64,000 nt of DNA from contig CM119372.1 in NCBI GenBank assembly GCA_051294905.1, positions 16,060,001-16,124,000 of the forward strand. The letters run 5' to 3'. Made by a program: the position numbers and the translations under genes. This DNA comes from Botryllus schlosseri. Its lineage: Eukaryota. A model generated the notes under the pieces. That model searched no databases, was not told the origin of the DNA, and saw only the letters and a list, made by a program, of their open reading frames with translations. Of the stretch, positions 27,582 to 38,968 are shown one piece after another; position 1 is the stretch's first letter; each line of letters starts with the position of its first letter.

Positions 27582-27947
27582 ATGCTGCTTTCTTCCACTG
27601 TGTGGCTAAATAGCGACACTATCGATCATTTTATGTCGATGATGAAATCACAATTTCCTCAAGTATTAGATGGACTGACGCTTTGCGGCTATTATAGTAG
27701 AGATCGTGCGGGCCAGTTTACGCTCCTGAACAAGAAAAACAATTTATTCAAATAATTGACATAAATAACAATCATTGGGTCACCGCTTCGAACACGTGCA
27801 GATGTCGAAATATGTGTGCATGATTCCGCCTATAATTCTTCGGCATATAACGACAAAACCTTATGTTCAATCGGAATGCTGAGTAGGCCGTGTTCGAGCG
27901 CTCTTGAAGTGCTTTTTCCTCTCGTCCAACAGCAATGTAATGGTAGT
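27582..27947 (+). pseudogene. Ulp1/C48-like cysteine protease remnant
   Basis: WLNSDTIDHFMSMMKSQFP / frameshift / FIQIIDINNNHWVTASN / frameshift / VHDSAY...VQQQCNGS, then truncated before the expected DCG. Confidence 0.8.
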
Positions 27948-28599
27948 GTTATATATCATGTTTTATATTAAATCCACAAATGGTGGTTTATACGCATCAA
28001 CTTTGTTACATGTGCAACCCTGGGAATGCCGTGTTTTCTTGGGTACATGCGTTCTTCATGATAATGTGTCCCCTTTGTTAGCTCGTTCCTTTTGACGAGC
28101 TCCGTATTTTCTTCGCCATTCTCTCAATGCCCTTTCATCCTTTCTGAAGCCCTGCCTAGTTTCCTGTAAGTAAATATGATTCTATTATCATGAGACTACC
28201 ACAGTGGGCCTCTCGTGGGCCTGGCATCCAATTGTAGCATGTCTCTGACACTCTGCTTAGTTTCTGATGCGGAACTGGAAGTTGCAATGCAAATCAGCAA
28301 CGTTGTAACCATTTCTACTGCGCTATGTGTGATAGTTTGCACGCATCACGTCCTATCGCAACATTTTCCTTAATTTGCATGTAGACCTAGTAGTACTCTA
28401 TTTATATTATCAATATGTTAACACCGCACCATGTCTTTGACAACTCTGCCTCTGCTCAATGTTATGTTGGGCAGTAATTTGCACGCCTCACATCAATATC
28501 AGCAACACACTAAGTGCTGTGTACTGTAATATGCACGCATTTATCGGTATGTATTCTGGACGTGGTTTTGGTACAAATGCATCATGAAGGACTGTATGA

Positions 28600-29500
28600 T
28601 GAGGCGCGATGCTAATAGATGCATGGGTGTTCCATTTCGCAGTTTATCAAATGATGAGACGCAATGCTAATAGTTGCATGATTCTTCCATTTCGCAGTTT
28701 ATCAAATTTTCTTAGTTGTAAAATTTCATGATAATTATCTGCGCTAGTAAAATTTATTGCGACATCCAATCTCGCACCATGTCTTTGACAACTCTGCCTC
28801 CCCTCGATGCCAGACATCTTTGAATAATATTTTGCAGTTTTGTTGGCTCTTTGCACCAAATCGTCTAGTAGTGTTATTCACCCAACATCCAATCGCACCA
28901 TGTCTTTATAAATGCTCCTTTGCACAGAGTCACCTAGTAGTGTTATTCACCCAACATCCAATCGCACCATGTCTTTGTAGATGCTCCGTTGTACAGAATC
29001 ACCTAGTAGTCGTTTTATACTTTCATCAAAAAGCAGAATTTTAAATGTATGTCTTTTGTCATGTATTCTGCTGTTATGTATAGAATTTGCTCTTGTAGTT
29101 CTGCTGCAAGACAGCAACAGCCTTTCGACTCGTTGACAGTTTTGGTTGTAAAATTTCATAATAATTATCTGCGCTAGTGAAATTTATTGCGACATCCAAT
29201 CCCGCACCATGTCTTTGACAACTCTGCCTTCCCTCTATGCCAGACATCTCAGAGTAATATTTTGCAGTTTTGTTGACTCTTTGCACCAAATCACCTAGTA
29301 GTGTTATGTTATTCACCCAACAGCCTTTCGACTCGTTGACAGTTTTGGTTGTAAAATTTCATGATAATTATCTGCGCTAGTGAAATTTATCGCGACATAC
29401 AGTGGGCATGTTTATATCTCTGATTACCCTGTGCGTTGGTTATTGTTTCCAAACATCCAGTCTCACCATGTCTTTGAATAATATTTTGCAGTTTTGTTGA
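28600..29500. repeat. Irregular internal duplications in the foldback core
   Basis: ttgtaaaatttcat(g/a)ataattatctgcgctagt x3 (~28716, 29146, 29349); caccatgtcttt several times; two ~69-bp tandem units near 28865-29010. Confidence 0.8.
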
Positions 29501-30459
29501 CTAGCTATTTGCACCGAAGCTCCCAGAAGCATATGTTTAAGTTGTATCGATTCACTGTATTCACAGCCTGTTGAAACTTTGTGCTGAACTGGTATCATGT
29601 GTATATTACTTTGCATGATAATATATGTCCTTTGTTAGCTCTCTTCTGTTAAAGAGTCTGTGTCCACTACATGACCTATGGTAATTCCAGTTATCGTTGC
29701 TGAGTTCACATGTTCTGTTCTTTGAAAATCTATTGCGGAGTTCACATGTTCTGTTCTTTGAAAATCTATTGCGGCTTTCAACCACTCTCTGCCCCTGTTT
29801 ATGATGCTTGGTACAAACATACAGATGCCACAGCCTTGCACGTACAGTACGTATGTGTACAGTTGGAATAGTGCATTGATATATTATGCCACTGTTAGTG
29901 TTCATTGAATCCATATGCTGCTATTACAAGCATGTTGCCATAAATAACAAGTGTTTCAGTAATCCATATGTTTGCTTCTGCTTTCCTGCAAAGGGAGACT
30001 GCCATATGTTTATATTCACTGATATGATACATTGTGTTACTTCGCAGTAATGGAGATGATTAGTAACAAAACCTTAACGGTTATATTACTGTAACATTTC
30101 ATGTCTGAGAAAGCAATAAACGTCCGTGTCTCCCTTATAATGCCTTGAGAGATTTTATTATTGCACTGCAATGTCATATCCAGGATGGAGGATAGCGAAA
30201 GGTCATGTTTACATCGGGTGGGTATAGAGCTAGTAGGATTCCTGACGCGATGGCTACATCAGTATTTCTTTGTCATGTGGTCTGACTCCTTCGTGCGAAA
30301 ACTCTTTCATTTCTTTCACTGGTAACGGCTCTTCGGTAGGCCTACAGCAGTAATGTCAACCTGAACATAACAGCAAGGTAAATAGCGATGTGAGAGTTCG
30401 CGATTTGGTGGCGATCCGTCAATATGTCGTAATGTTTTCTATAAGTGGTCGTTGTCTTG

Positions 30460-32074
30460 GACCCTTGAGACATTTGCTACAGCTTAAATATTTGGCACGA
30501 TTAAGGTGCTATACAAGCTTCGTCTAGGGATATCGTGTACATTTACTGCAAATGTTGTTTTCCGGAACTGCGCTCATCGAAACACGAGAGGTTTTTGCGA
30601 TTTCGTGGCAATTCTCATAGACGCGATTCGCCAAAATGTGGTAATTTTTTCCAGAAGTCGGCGGCGTTTATGACCCTTAAGACATTTGCTACAGCTTTAA
30701 TATTTGGCACGATTAAGGTGCTATACAAGCTTCGTCTAGGGATATCGTGTACATTTACTGCAAATGTTGCTTTCCGGAACTGCGCTCATCGAAACACGAG
30801 AGGTTTTTGCGATTTCGTGGCAATTCTCATAGACGCGATTCGCCAAAATGTGGTAATTTTTTCCAGAAGTCGGCGGCGTTTATGACCCTTAAGACATTTG
30901 CTACAGCTTTAATATTTGGCACGATTAAGGTGCTATACAAGCTTCGTCTAGGGATATTGTGTACATTTACTGCAAATGTTGTTTTCCGGAACTGCACTCA
31001 TCGAAACACGAGAGGTTTTTGCGATTTCGTGGCAATTCTCATGGACGCGATTCGCCAAAATGTGGTAATTTTTTCCAGAAGTCGGCGGCGTTTATGACCC
31101 TTAAGACATTTGCTACAGCTTTAATATTTGGCACGATTAAGGTGCTATACAAGCTTCGTCTAGGGATATCGTGTACATTTACTGCAAATGTTGTTTTCCG
31201 GAACTGCACTCATCGAAACACGAGAGGTTTTTGCGATTTCGTGGCAATTCTCATGGACGCGATTCGCCAAAATGTGGTAATTTTTTCCAGAAGTCGGCGG
31301 CGTTTATGACCCTTAAGACATTTGCTACAGCTTTAATATTTGGCACGATTAAGGTGCTATACAAGCTTCGTCTAGGGATATCGTGTACATTTACTGCATA
31401 TGTTGTTTTCCGGAACTGCACTCATCGAAACACGAGAGGTTTTTGCGATTTCGTGGCAATTCTCATGGACGCGATTCGCCAAAATGTGGTAATTTTTTCC
31501 AGAAGTCGGCGGCGTTTATGACCCTTAAGACATTTGCTACAGCTTTAATATTTGGCACGATTAAGGTGCTATACAAGCTTCGTCTAGGGATATCGTGTAC
31601 ATTTACTGCAAATGTTGTTTTCCGGAACTGCGCTCATCGAAACACGCGAGGTTTTTGCGATTTCGTGGCAATTCTCATAGACGCGATTCGCCAAAATGTG
31701 GTAATTTTTTCCAGAAGTCGGCGGCGTTTATGACCCTTAAGACATTTGCTACAGCTTTAATATTTGGCACGATTAAGGTGCTATACAAGCTTCGTCTAGG
31801 GATATCGTGAACATTTACTGCAAATGTTGTTTTACGGAACTGCGCTCATCGAAACACGAGAGGTTTTTGCGATTTCGTGGCAATTCTCATAGACGCGATT
31901 CGCCAAAATGTGGTAATTTTTTCCAGAAGTCGGCGGCGTTTATGACCCTTAAGACATTTGCTACAGCTTTAATATTTGGCACGATTAAGGTGCTATACAA
32001 GCTTCGTCTAGGGATATCGTGTACATTTACTGCAAATGTTGTTTTCCGGAACTGCGCTCATCGAAACACGAGAG
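30460..32074. repeat. Tandem array, ~7.6 x 212 bp (right arm, inverted relative to the left)
   Basis: Reverse complement of the left-arm unit; 212-bp spacing of identical ORFs at 30535, 30747 ... 31807. Confidence 0.98.
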
Positions 32075-35000
32075 CTTCTCGCGTATTTGGTTGAAATATT
32101 GAAAGTGCTAATTCATGGTTATCTATTTTGGACACGTTTTTGGCGACGGATCTACATAAAATTTGGTATGGACAGAGTTCTATCTACGTTCTATCATATG
32201 TCAGTGTCCAAATCCGGATAAGCTATCCGGATACGCCGTTGTTTCATCATGATGATGATACCATCGTTCATGTTGTCACATTTCAGATTTAGTGGTTACC
32301 CTTCGATTTGTGTGATAGAATTTTGTGTGATAACTTCACTCTGGTGAGAGAACATCCCTTTATCCATATGTCAAAAAAGTTACTTTTATAGCAGCTTCCC
32401 ATCAGTACCGTAGTACTGGACCTGGTCGCAGCCTGGTATATTATCAGATTCGAAGCTCAATCATCCAGCAATAATATCAGACGAATCATATACTACAAAA
32501 CATCTAAAGAACATTCATATGAATAAGGGATATCAGTAGCCTACTAAAACATCTAAAACAAACGACGTTACTGCAATGTCAAAACGAGTTCATTTTATGA
32601 CTATTCTCACATTACATACATTCAATAACATTTACCGCATTTCCATACCTTACAGTACATGGATGTTATGATCCTTTACGCCATCAGGTAGTAGAAACCG
32701 CTTCAATATATCCATTTCGCCAAGTTTTTTCGTGTACCCTACTCTCTGCCTGAAGCCTGACGAACCACAAATCCAAACTGAAATCGAGCGCGCTCTACCG
32801 TAACGAAGGTGTTGACCCCTCTGCGTCACAGGGAAATATGTATATTTCATTGAAATATTACCCATAAACTTAGTGTTGGGTCAAGTGTGTAATATTATTT
32901 TACATATACCATGATTTAATGTGATCTCCAAACGTACCGATGGTTTATGAATGCAAAATTGATGATAAATTACCAAGTATAAATTTTCTTGAAAATAAGC
33001 CACAGTGGCGAAGTGTTACATGTAAACGGAGAAATACGCAGAAGCGTTGCGACGATAATGGCCCAATGCGTTTATATGCCCAAAAAGTGTGTCTGTACGC
33101 AGAAAAAAGTGTTATGAAGTGTTCAATACGACCTTGCGGATTTACAGTGTAGTGACAATGAATCATGTGAAGTACCGAGAATAATTTCAAGTCAAATAAA
33201 TCTGCTATGAAATATTCTACTTTATGGTCATATACGAAGATCTGGGATAAATGTGGCTGGCCCCTGGATACGCCAATGCGTCAGAACTGTTGTTTTAGTC
33301 ATCATCAAATTTCGCGGTCATGCTAATCAAATTTTGGTTGGCCTTGCAATTTTACCTGATGTCATAAATAATTTCGAGAATTACCTCGCAGGCCACGCCT
33401 AACCTCTTCGCGTGCCAAATTTGATCTGCGTGCCACGGGCAGGCCGCGCCTGATCTGTATGGTTATTAATAACAGTGATTGGTGGTAAATAAAAATTTTA
33501 TTGAAAATTCTTTGGAAGCAAATATTTTCATTAAAGAGAAGTTGGAGTCGGAGTCGAAGTCAGGGTCATTCTCACACACTCCGACTTCGACTCCGACTCC
33601 GACTCCAGCTATTATAGTTTTCACGACTCCGACTCCGACTCCGACTCCAGCTATTATAGTTTTCACGACTCCAACTGTGACTCCGACTCCATCAAGCGAA
33701 AATTATTCAGACTCCGACTCCGACTCCACCGACTCCGACTCCGACTCCACAGCCCTGGTGATAACTGTTGAACATACATCAATTTCGAGGGTTTCAACCA
33801 TTGCACGTCGTAAAAGTCGACTATATCTACTGCAAATACACGGAAATCTCATAGTAGGCCTCCATGTTTTTTTCGAAAATATTTAGAGAATTATAACAGA
33901 ATTATGAAACTCTTGCGAAAAAAAACGAACATTACTTTTAGTGTGACTTTTCAACCGGGCAATCATCGTACTTTTATCAATTCCATTGTTCGCGAATAAA
34001 GGTTTTGCCAAAGCCCACATGAATATATAGTATAATATGTAGTATAATAGTATATTGGTATATTATATTATATCACTGCTCATAATTATAAATACAGTTC
34101 ATAGTTATAATTATTTATATAGAAATGCTTGATAATACAGTATTCATTTTAAAACCAAATGCATTAGGTAACATTTTGGAATCAGTTGACTGGTGCGGCC
34201 CGCGAACGATTTGAAGGTTTGAATCCGGCCTGCAACGTAATTAGAGTATGACACCCCTGTTATAGAATGTGTGAATAATTTCGTATAACGATGCTGCTGC
34301 TCAGGAACAAGTGAACGGCGGCACGGAGAGAGTAAGAGGGAGAATGCGCAATCGGTGGCGTAACAATGGGCATTACGCAAGTGATTTGCGCTGCTCACTT
34401 GCTCCTGAGCGGTGGCATAATTGCTCCGGACAGCATTGCTGCGTAACAGCGCCAAATTTCGTCACAATGTACTAATTGAGACCGGATTTAGGAGATTCCA
34501 GGGCCATGGACGCTATAAAATATATTCTTTCGTTATCAGTACCGATTATACTGTCGATTGATATCCGTTTTATCAACTTTTGCTCTCGTCAAGTCCGTCT
34601 AGGTATTGCCGAAATTGCCTTTTGCTAAAAGGAAAGAACGACGTACGCAAACGCAGTGAGCCAGTCGACTTCGCTGTGTCCACATCTTTGTAGGACATTA
34701 TGGTCGTACACTTCAGCTACCATGATTGATTTGTCGCATGAATTATTACAGAAATGCATTGGTTGCCGCAGAAATTCACACTTTCATCTGTTCGCCATGT
34801 ACCAGTGCTTCTTGGTTCTGACTCACCAATAGGTTATTGTATTTCACCACTACACGTGTTTGATTCATTTGGAAACGTAGGCTGTGCTGAAACGTGGGAT
34901 ATCTGTCGGGTATTAGTTAGGGTCATGTAGTGGTAGTTGGGATTATAATTGGCTTCGATATGTATTTAATTGTCGTATTTGATTGTAATAAGAATTTCGC

Positions 35001-35773
35001 ATAAATAATTGGGTCAGTTGTTTGCCGCTGGTCAGGACACAGCTAGATTGAACGGTTCATTGCGATTTTGGCTACTTTACACTTTTCATTAGGCCAAAAA
35101 CAATTTTTGACCTGTTTGCTGAATGCTAAATTTGATGAAACGGGCATCAATGGGAAGCTGCTCCTGTACTGATTACGAAAATTTAAATTTCATTCTGCTT
35201 ATGGCCCTTGAACCCTTAACATCTGCCTTGAATTTTTGATTGTGATGGGGCTCTGCATTGTGACACAAAAATGCTGTCTGGCTCTTGCTCCCGAGCTGCA
35301 CTCTCGTTTGCCATATATTTTTTTCTTCGCGCATTCAGTTTCCAATCACTGTTGTTTCAGGTAAAAAAAGTAAGGTGAATAATCGTAGGCGCACCGCGAA
35401 ATAGTGTTTCAAGTCAGATTTACTGTACGCTCCATCCGACATTAATAAGCTGTCGACGTCTGAGTCCTCGGTCGAATGCAGACTATTTACCCGAATACGC
35501 AGAAAATCCGATGTCAGTGACTTTCGATGCATTTATTCAGTTTTGAATAGTATGCACACTGCACATTCATCGCACAAATGACATAATTGATATAAATTTC
35601 AAAGCGTAGTAATATGAGTCTTGTTTTCAACATTACCTAATTCGGTTAACTCCTATCGGACGACTAAAAAAGGTCATCAACCTTCAGGTTGCCCGCGCAA
35701 TGGTTCGTAAATCTCATGTGGCCTTTGCCCGAAAAGGTTGGCTACCTCTGATCTAGGTAAATGCTTATATACT

Positions 35774-36770
35774 TAGGGATGGTGTGAACCTCTGAAAGGT
35801 TTAGGTTCGTGTGAACGCGAACCTTTTTGGAAGGTTCTGTGTGAACGCGAACGTGAACCTCATGACGTCACGTGACGTCATATTGCTAAGTCCAACCCTA
35901 CATTTCAGTGAAGTGGAATCCTATAATAATCTACACGATAACCAGCAATGACTCGGACGGCCACATAATATCACAATGCTGCAGTACATATTGACGTTGC
36001 CAAATGTATCAACTGGGGCAATCAAATGATATAATAATCCCATATACCGAAGTCATATCTTTCATCGCTTTGCCAACAATTTCGACGAGGACTTACAAGG
36101 GAATATACGCTTACGCCTTAACGATCTAGGTCAGACCGGACAATGTATTCGGCGACTGAGTATTGCTACGTTGGTATTGAGCAGAGTGTAAAACGGTTTT
36201 CCTTCTATACTTGCTACCGACATTACACCATTAACAAGTTGCACAGCTGTAGCCAACACCCCAATGGCACGTATTTGGTTTTTGGGACGCAATAAACATA
36301 TGAAGTCAAGATTAACCCCGTACACCTGCTAGATTTTTTACATCAGACAATGATATCAATTTCATTGATTGGTTGAATATCATTCGCTGACTACATGTTG
36401 TGTATTTCGCTGTTGATGTTGTGTGATTGCGGGTCAAGCTCACAACAAAGAGTCACTAAATATTCACAAACGGAAAGCTGAATATTTCGAGCAAACGTTT
36501 GGAAAAAAAAGCAAGTAAAATTTTTCAGATTGTCAAGGTGCATGCTCGTTTATTGTTGATCTTTTATGCTGCCGGCGCCCTACATAAAGTAGCCCCAAGT
36601 TTCAATGCAATAAATTTTAACAAATATGTTATAATGAAGTGAAAATTGTAATATGTGAAAAACGTTCACAGTGCAGAACCTACCAAGATTCGTTTGTGAA
36701 CGTGAACCTCTAAATTTTCGAGGTACACAAACAGAACGCGAACTTGAACCTCACGTTCACACCATCCCTA
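35774..36770 (+). mobile_element. TAGGGATGG hAT-type MITE, full length
   Basis: TAGGGATGGTGTGAAC...GTTCACACCATCCCTA TIRs. Confidence 0.92.
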
Positions 36771-37467
36771 ATATACATGGCTGGCCTTTATTCATACATG
36801 ATATCCGTGAAATTATCCAACTATGATAAATCTAATACCCCTAAATATATAGTGCTGTTGCTGTATTTTGATTTAAAACAGTCTTCAGTGAGTAAAATTA
36901 ACAAATAGATTGAATTTCTGAACTTTGTAGTACGACTGATCCGATTTTCTATCCAGCCATTACAGCGAAAATGAGAGATTTTGGTCAAAATAGCCCCATG
37001 GATTATCTCTAAAATAAGAGCCAATTTGAGCAATTTGATGTCATATTCGGAATCAGTGCTCATCAGAACCCCCAACACCACTCTTACTTTGTTTGCCTAC
37101 GAATATGTGTTGACCAGTGTTATCAATGCTAAGTTGATACATTACGGCCGGACATGAAATTCACGATGACCGGCCATGGAATATCACTTTTCATGACCGG
37201 CCACAAAAAAAATCCGTGGCCAGTTGGTGATTTATGAGACACGTAAAGGTTTGCCAGAAAACTACTATGTACGTACAATGTCCCTAACTTATTCCGTAGA
37301 TGACTGTCAAAGAGTATATAGCCCTGAATTAACGAATAACAACGAATACAAACTAAACTGCGAGCGCAATGACACTCCTCCGCGTCAACTCCTGTTGAAA
37401 ACAATGCGCTCATTCGGTTAATTGAGTACGCGGTCACGTGACTAGTTATCAATCCCGTAGTCTAGAT

Positions 37468-37998
37468 TAGAGGTCGACCTATTATCGACATGGCCGATAT
37501 TTAGAGCTTTCCCCGGGCTGACATCGCGGCCGATATTTTATATTTGAAAACATTTCAAAAATATTGGAAATTCCATGCTCCGTGTTCTCAATCTCAAGAA
37601 ATCGACGACATAAAGGCCGATGTATGACAGCTTTACCCTTGCAGAACGAGTTTAACTGGGTGAGCATGCAGAGAAACTATGCTTCCTGCATTACAATCTA
37701 CCTTTTCTGGACTGATCTGCAATTCTGTATCATGTTTAGCTTTTTGGGTTATCCCAAATTTCAGCGAATGTGCATAATTAAGCAATCATTCTTTTCAATT
37801 TCAGTTTTCTCGTTTGTTATTCAGTTTTCTGGGGCATGAACAAGTGCCGTCTTGCCTAATATATAATATTTTTGATGAAATTGTTCTCTGCTCCTTCCAT
37901 ATCAATATCGGCCTATGATATCGGTTGTCGGCCTTGCGAGTGTGTCGATATATCGGTATCGGTATCGGCCTGTAAAAATCAATATCGGTCGACCTCTA
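37468..37998. mobile_element. hAT-type MITE
   Basis: TAGAGGTCGACC...GGTCGACCTCTA TIRs; perfect 8-bp TSD GTCTAGAT; atcgg subterminal motifs. Confidence 0.92.
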
Positions 37999-38014
37999 GT
38001 CTAGATATCCTTGG

Positions 38015-38968
38015 CGTGATGTGTGTGAAACTCACGAATTTATAGGTTCACATTCACAAACAAACCTTGGTAGGCTCAGCACTGTGACCTTTTTCATTTA
38101 TTACATTTTTTCACGTCGTTGTAACAGCTTTGGTGGAAATACTTTGCATTTCACCATTGGACCACTTTCTGCATGGTGATGGAAGGTAAAAAATATCAAC
38201 ACTTAACGAGCATGCACCTTGCTAAACTCAAAAACTTTACTTACTTCGTTACAAAAGTTTGCTCGAAACAATCAGCTTTCCATTCGTGAATATGCAGTGA
38301 CTCTCTACAGTGAGCTCGAACCGCAATCACACAAAATCAATAACGAAATACACTACATGTAGGTAGTCAGCGAATGATGCTTATTACACAAATTAAAGGA
38401 ATTGATATAAAGAATACAACGTTGTCTAATGTAAAAAATCTAGCAGGCGTACGGGATTCATCTTGAATAAATATGTTTTTTTATATCATAATAAACAAAT
38501 CAGTGCGATTTGGGTGTTGGCTACAGTTGTTTATGGGTTGATATCGGTGGCAAGTATTGAAACCCGTTTTACACTCTTCTCAATATCAATGTAGCAATAG
38601 TCAGAAGCCGAATACATTGTCCGGTCTAGCCTAGACCGTTATGGAGTGAGCTAATATTCCCTTTCATGTCCTTGTCGATATTGTTGGCAGATCGGAAGAT
38701 ATTGATTTTATGGGATAAAATATAACATATGATTGCCTCAGTTGATGCATTTGGAATCGCTTAAAAAGTCAGTATGTGCTCCAGCATTGTCATATAATGT
38801 GGTCATCATCGCTAGGTATCTTGTGTATCACTTCGCTGAAATGTGGGGTTGGGTTTAGCAATATGACGCCACGTGACGTTCTAGGTTCACCTTCGCGTTC
38901 ACACAGAGCCTTTCAAAAAGATTCGCGTTCACACGAACTTGAACCATTCAGGGGTTCGCAACATCCTG
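38015..38968 (-). mobile_element. TAGGGATGG MITE, diverged reverse copy
   Basis: Reverse-complement similarity along its length to 35774-36770. Confidence 0.8.

Larger units (their letters stand above)
22700..32168. mobile_element. Foldback-like unit with satellite-built inverted arms
   Basis: 94-bp unique inverted ends (taccaaattttatgtagatccg..., one mismatch), each followed by inverted 212-bp arrays, around a 3.6-kb core. Confidence 0.85.
15085..33149. mobile_element. 18-kb CACTG...CAGTG (CACTA/EnSpm-like) element
   Basis: TA|CACTGTAAAT ... ATTTACAGTG|TA; clusters of AAGTGTT motifs inside both ends; sits exactly at the break in the MITE above. No transposase seen. Confidence 0.7.
14562..33452 (+). 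mobile_element. Second-layer hAT-type MITE, split into 14562-15082 and 33152-33452
   Basis: CAGGGGTGGGGAAC...GGCCGCGCCTG; flanks atctatat/atctgtat (7/8); the halves join colinearly when compared with the copy at 6832-7877. Confidence 0.8.
13587..33757 (+). mobile_element. Outer hAT-type (GGAGTC)n MITE, split by ~19 kb of nested insertions
   Basis: Left end CAGGGCCGTGGAGTCGG plus ccgact hexamers; right end ccgactccACAGCCCTG; flanks gttataac/gtgataac (7/8). Confidence 0.65.

Noticed and set aside
22774..32094. Many near-identical 71-116 aa ORFs (MYIYCKCCFPEL...)
   Set aside because: They arise from the 212-bp repeat, which is not a multiple of 3, so each ORF changes frame across units; no domain is recognisable.
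34560..35540. Possibly decayed coding sequence on the minus strand
   Set aside because: Frames are broken and no motif could be recognised.
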